From the NCBI RefSeq assembly GCF_030028105.1, contig NC_092394.1, positions 43,254,477 through 43,318,476 of the forward strand: a stretch of 64,000 nt of DNA. Direction: 5' to 3'. The notes below the pieces were generated by a model. It saw only the letters and a list, made by a program, of their open reading frames with translations, made no database searches and had not been told where the DNA came from. Numbering within the stretch: the stretch's first letter is position 1; every line of letters begins with the position of its first letter. The position numbers and the translations under genes are program-made. This stretch comes from Mobula birostris (Eukaryota). Below are positions 63,880 to 64,000 of this stretch, one piece after another.

Positions 63880-64000
63880 GAGGAGAGAGAGCAGCACGCC
63901 TGCACGTGCGCAGCCCTCTGGTGAAAAATGATATCGCAACCGTTAAATAGGGGCCGTGGACAATTCTGATTTGATGGAGAATTGACGTGAAAGCACAGAG
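63880..64000 (+). mobile_element. 5' part of a relative of the 800-1484 family (runs off the window)
   Basis: caattctgatttgatggagaattgacgtgaaagcacagag matches 885-923. Confidence 0.7.

Noticed and set aside
60152-64000. Next upstream HIP1 exon
   Set aside because: No convincing open, phase-compatible HIP1-like exon found by eye; it probably lies beyond the window.

Overview
Eukaryotic vertebrate DNA. The repeat content (CR1, HE1/V-SINE, DeuSINE, Rex1, Penelope) suggests a cartilaginous fish, probably a ray (inference). The only host gene I can support is the 3' part of HIP1 on the minus strand: 10 GT-AG exons from 60151 to 39115 with consistent phases, encoding the talin-like I/LWEQ domain, plus a candidate terminal exon at 32563-32454. 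Most of the rest is nested transposon debris: a near full-length CR1, a Gypsy remnant, Rex1, RTE, L1 and L2 fragments, hAT and Tc1 non-autonomous elements, and many Penelope-like (PLE) 3' ends carrying minimal hammerhead ribozymes. The standout is a Penelope-R2 chimera present twice (51146-52995 and 27229-28375). In each, outward-facing inverted hammerhead-bearing Penelope 3' arms enclose a fragment of an R2 retrotransposon (normally 28S-rDNA specific). The two copies share one identical PLE/R2 junction but have different 14-bp target-site duplications, which points to a mobile composite family that carries R2 sequence outside the rDNA. All calls were made by eye; repeat boundaries are approximate and exon numbers follow human HIP1 from memory.
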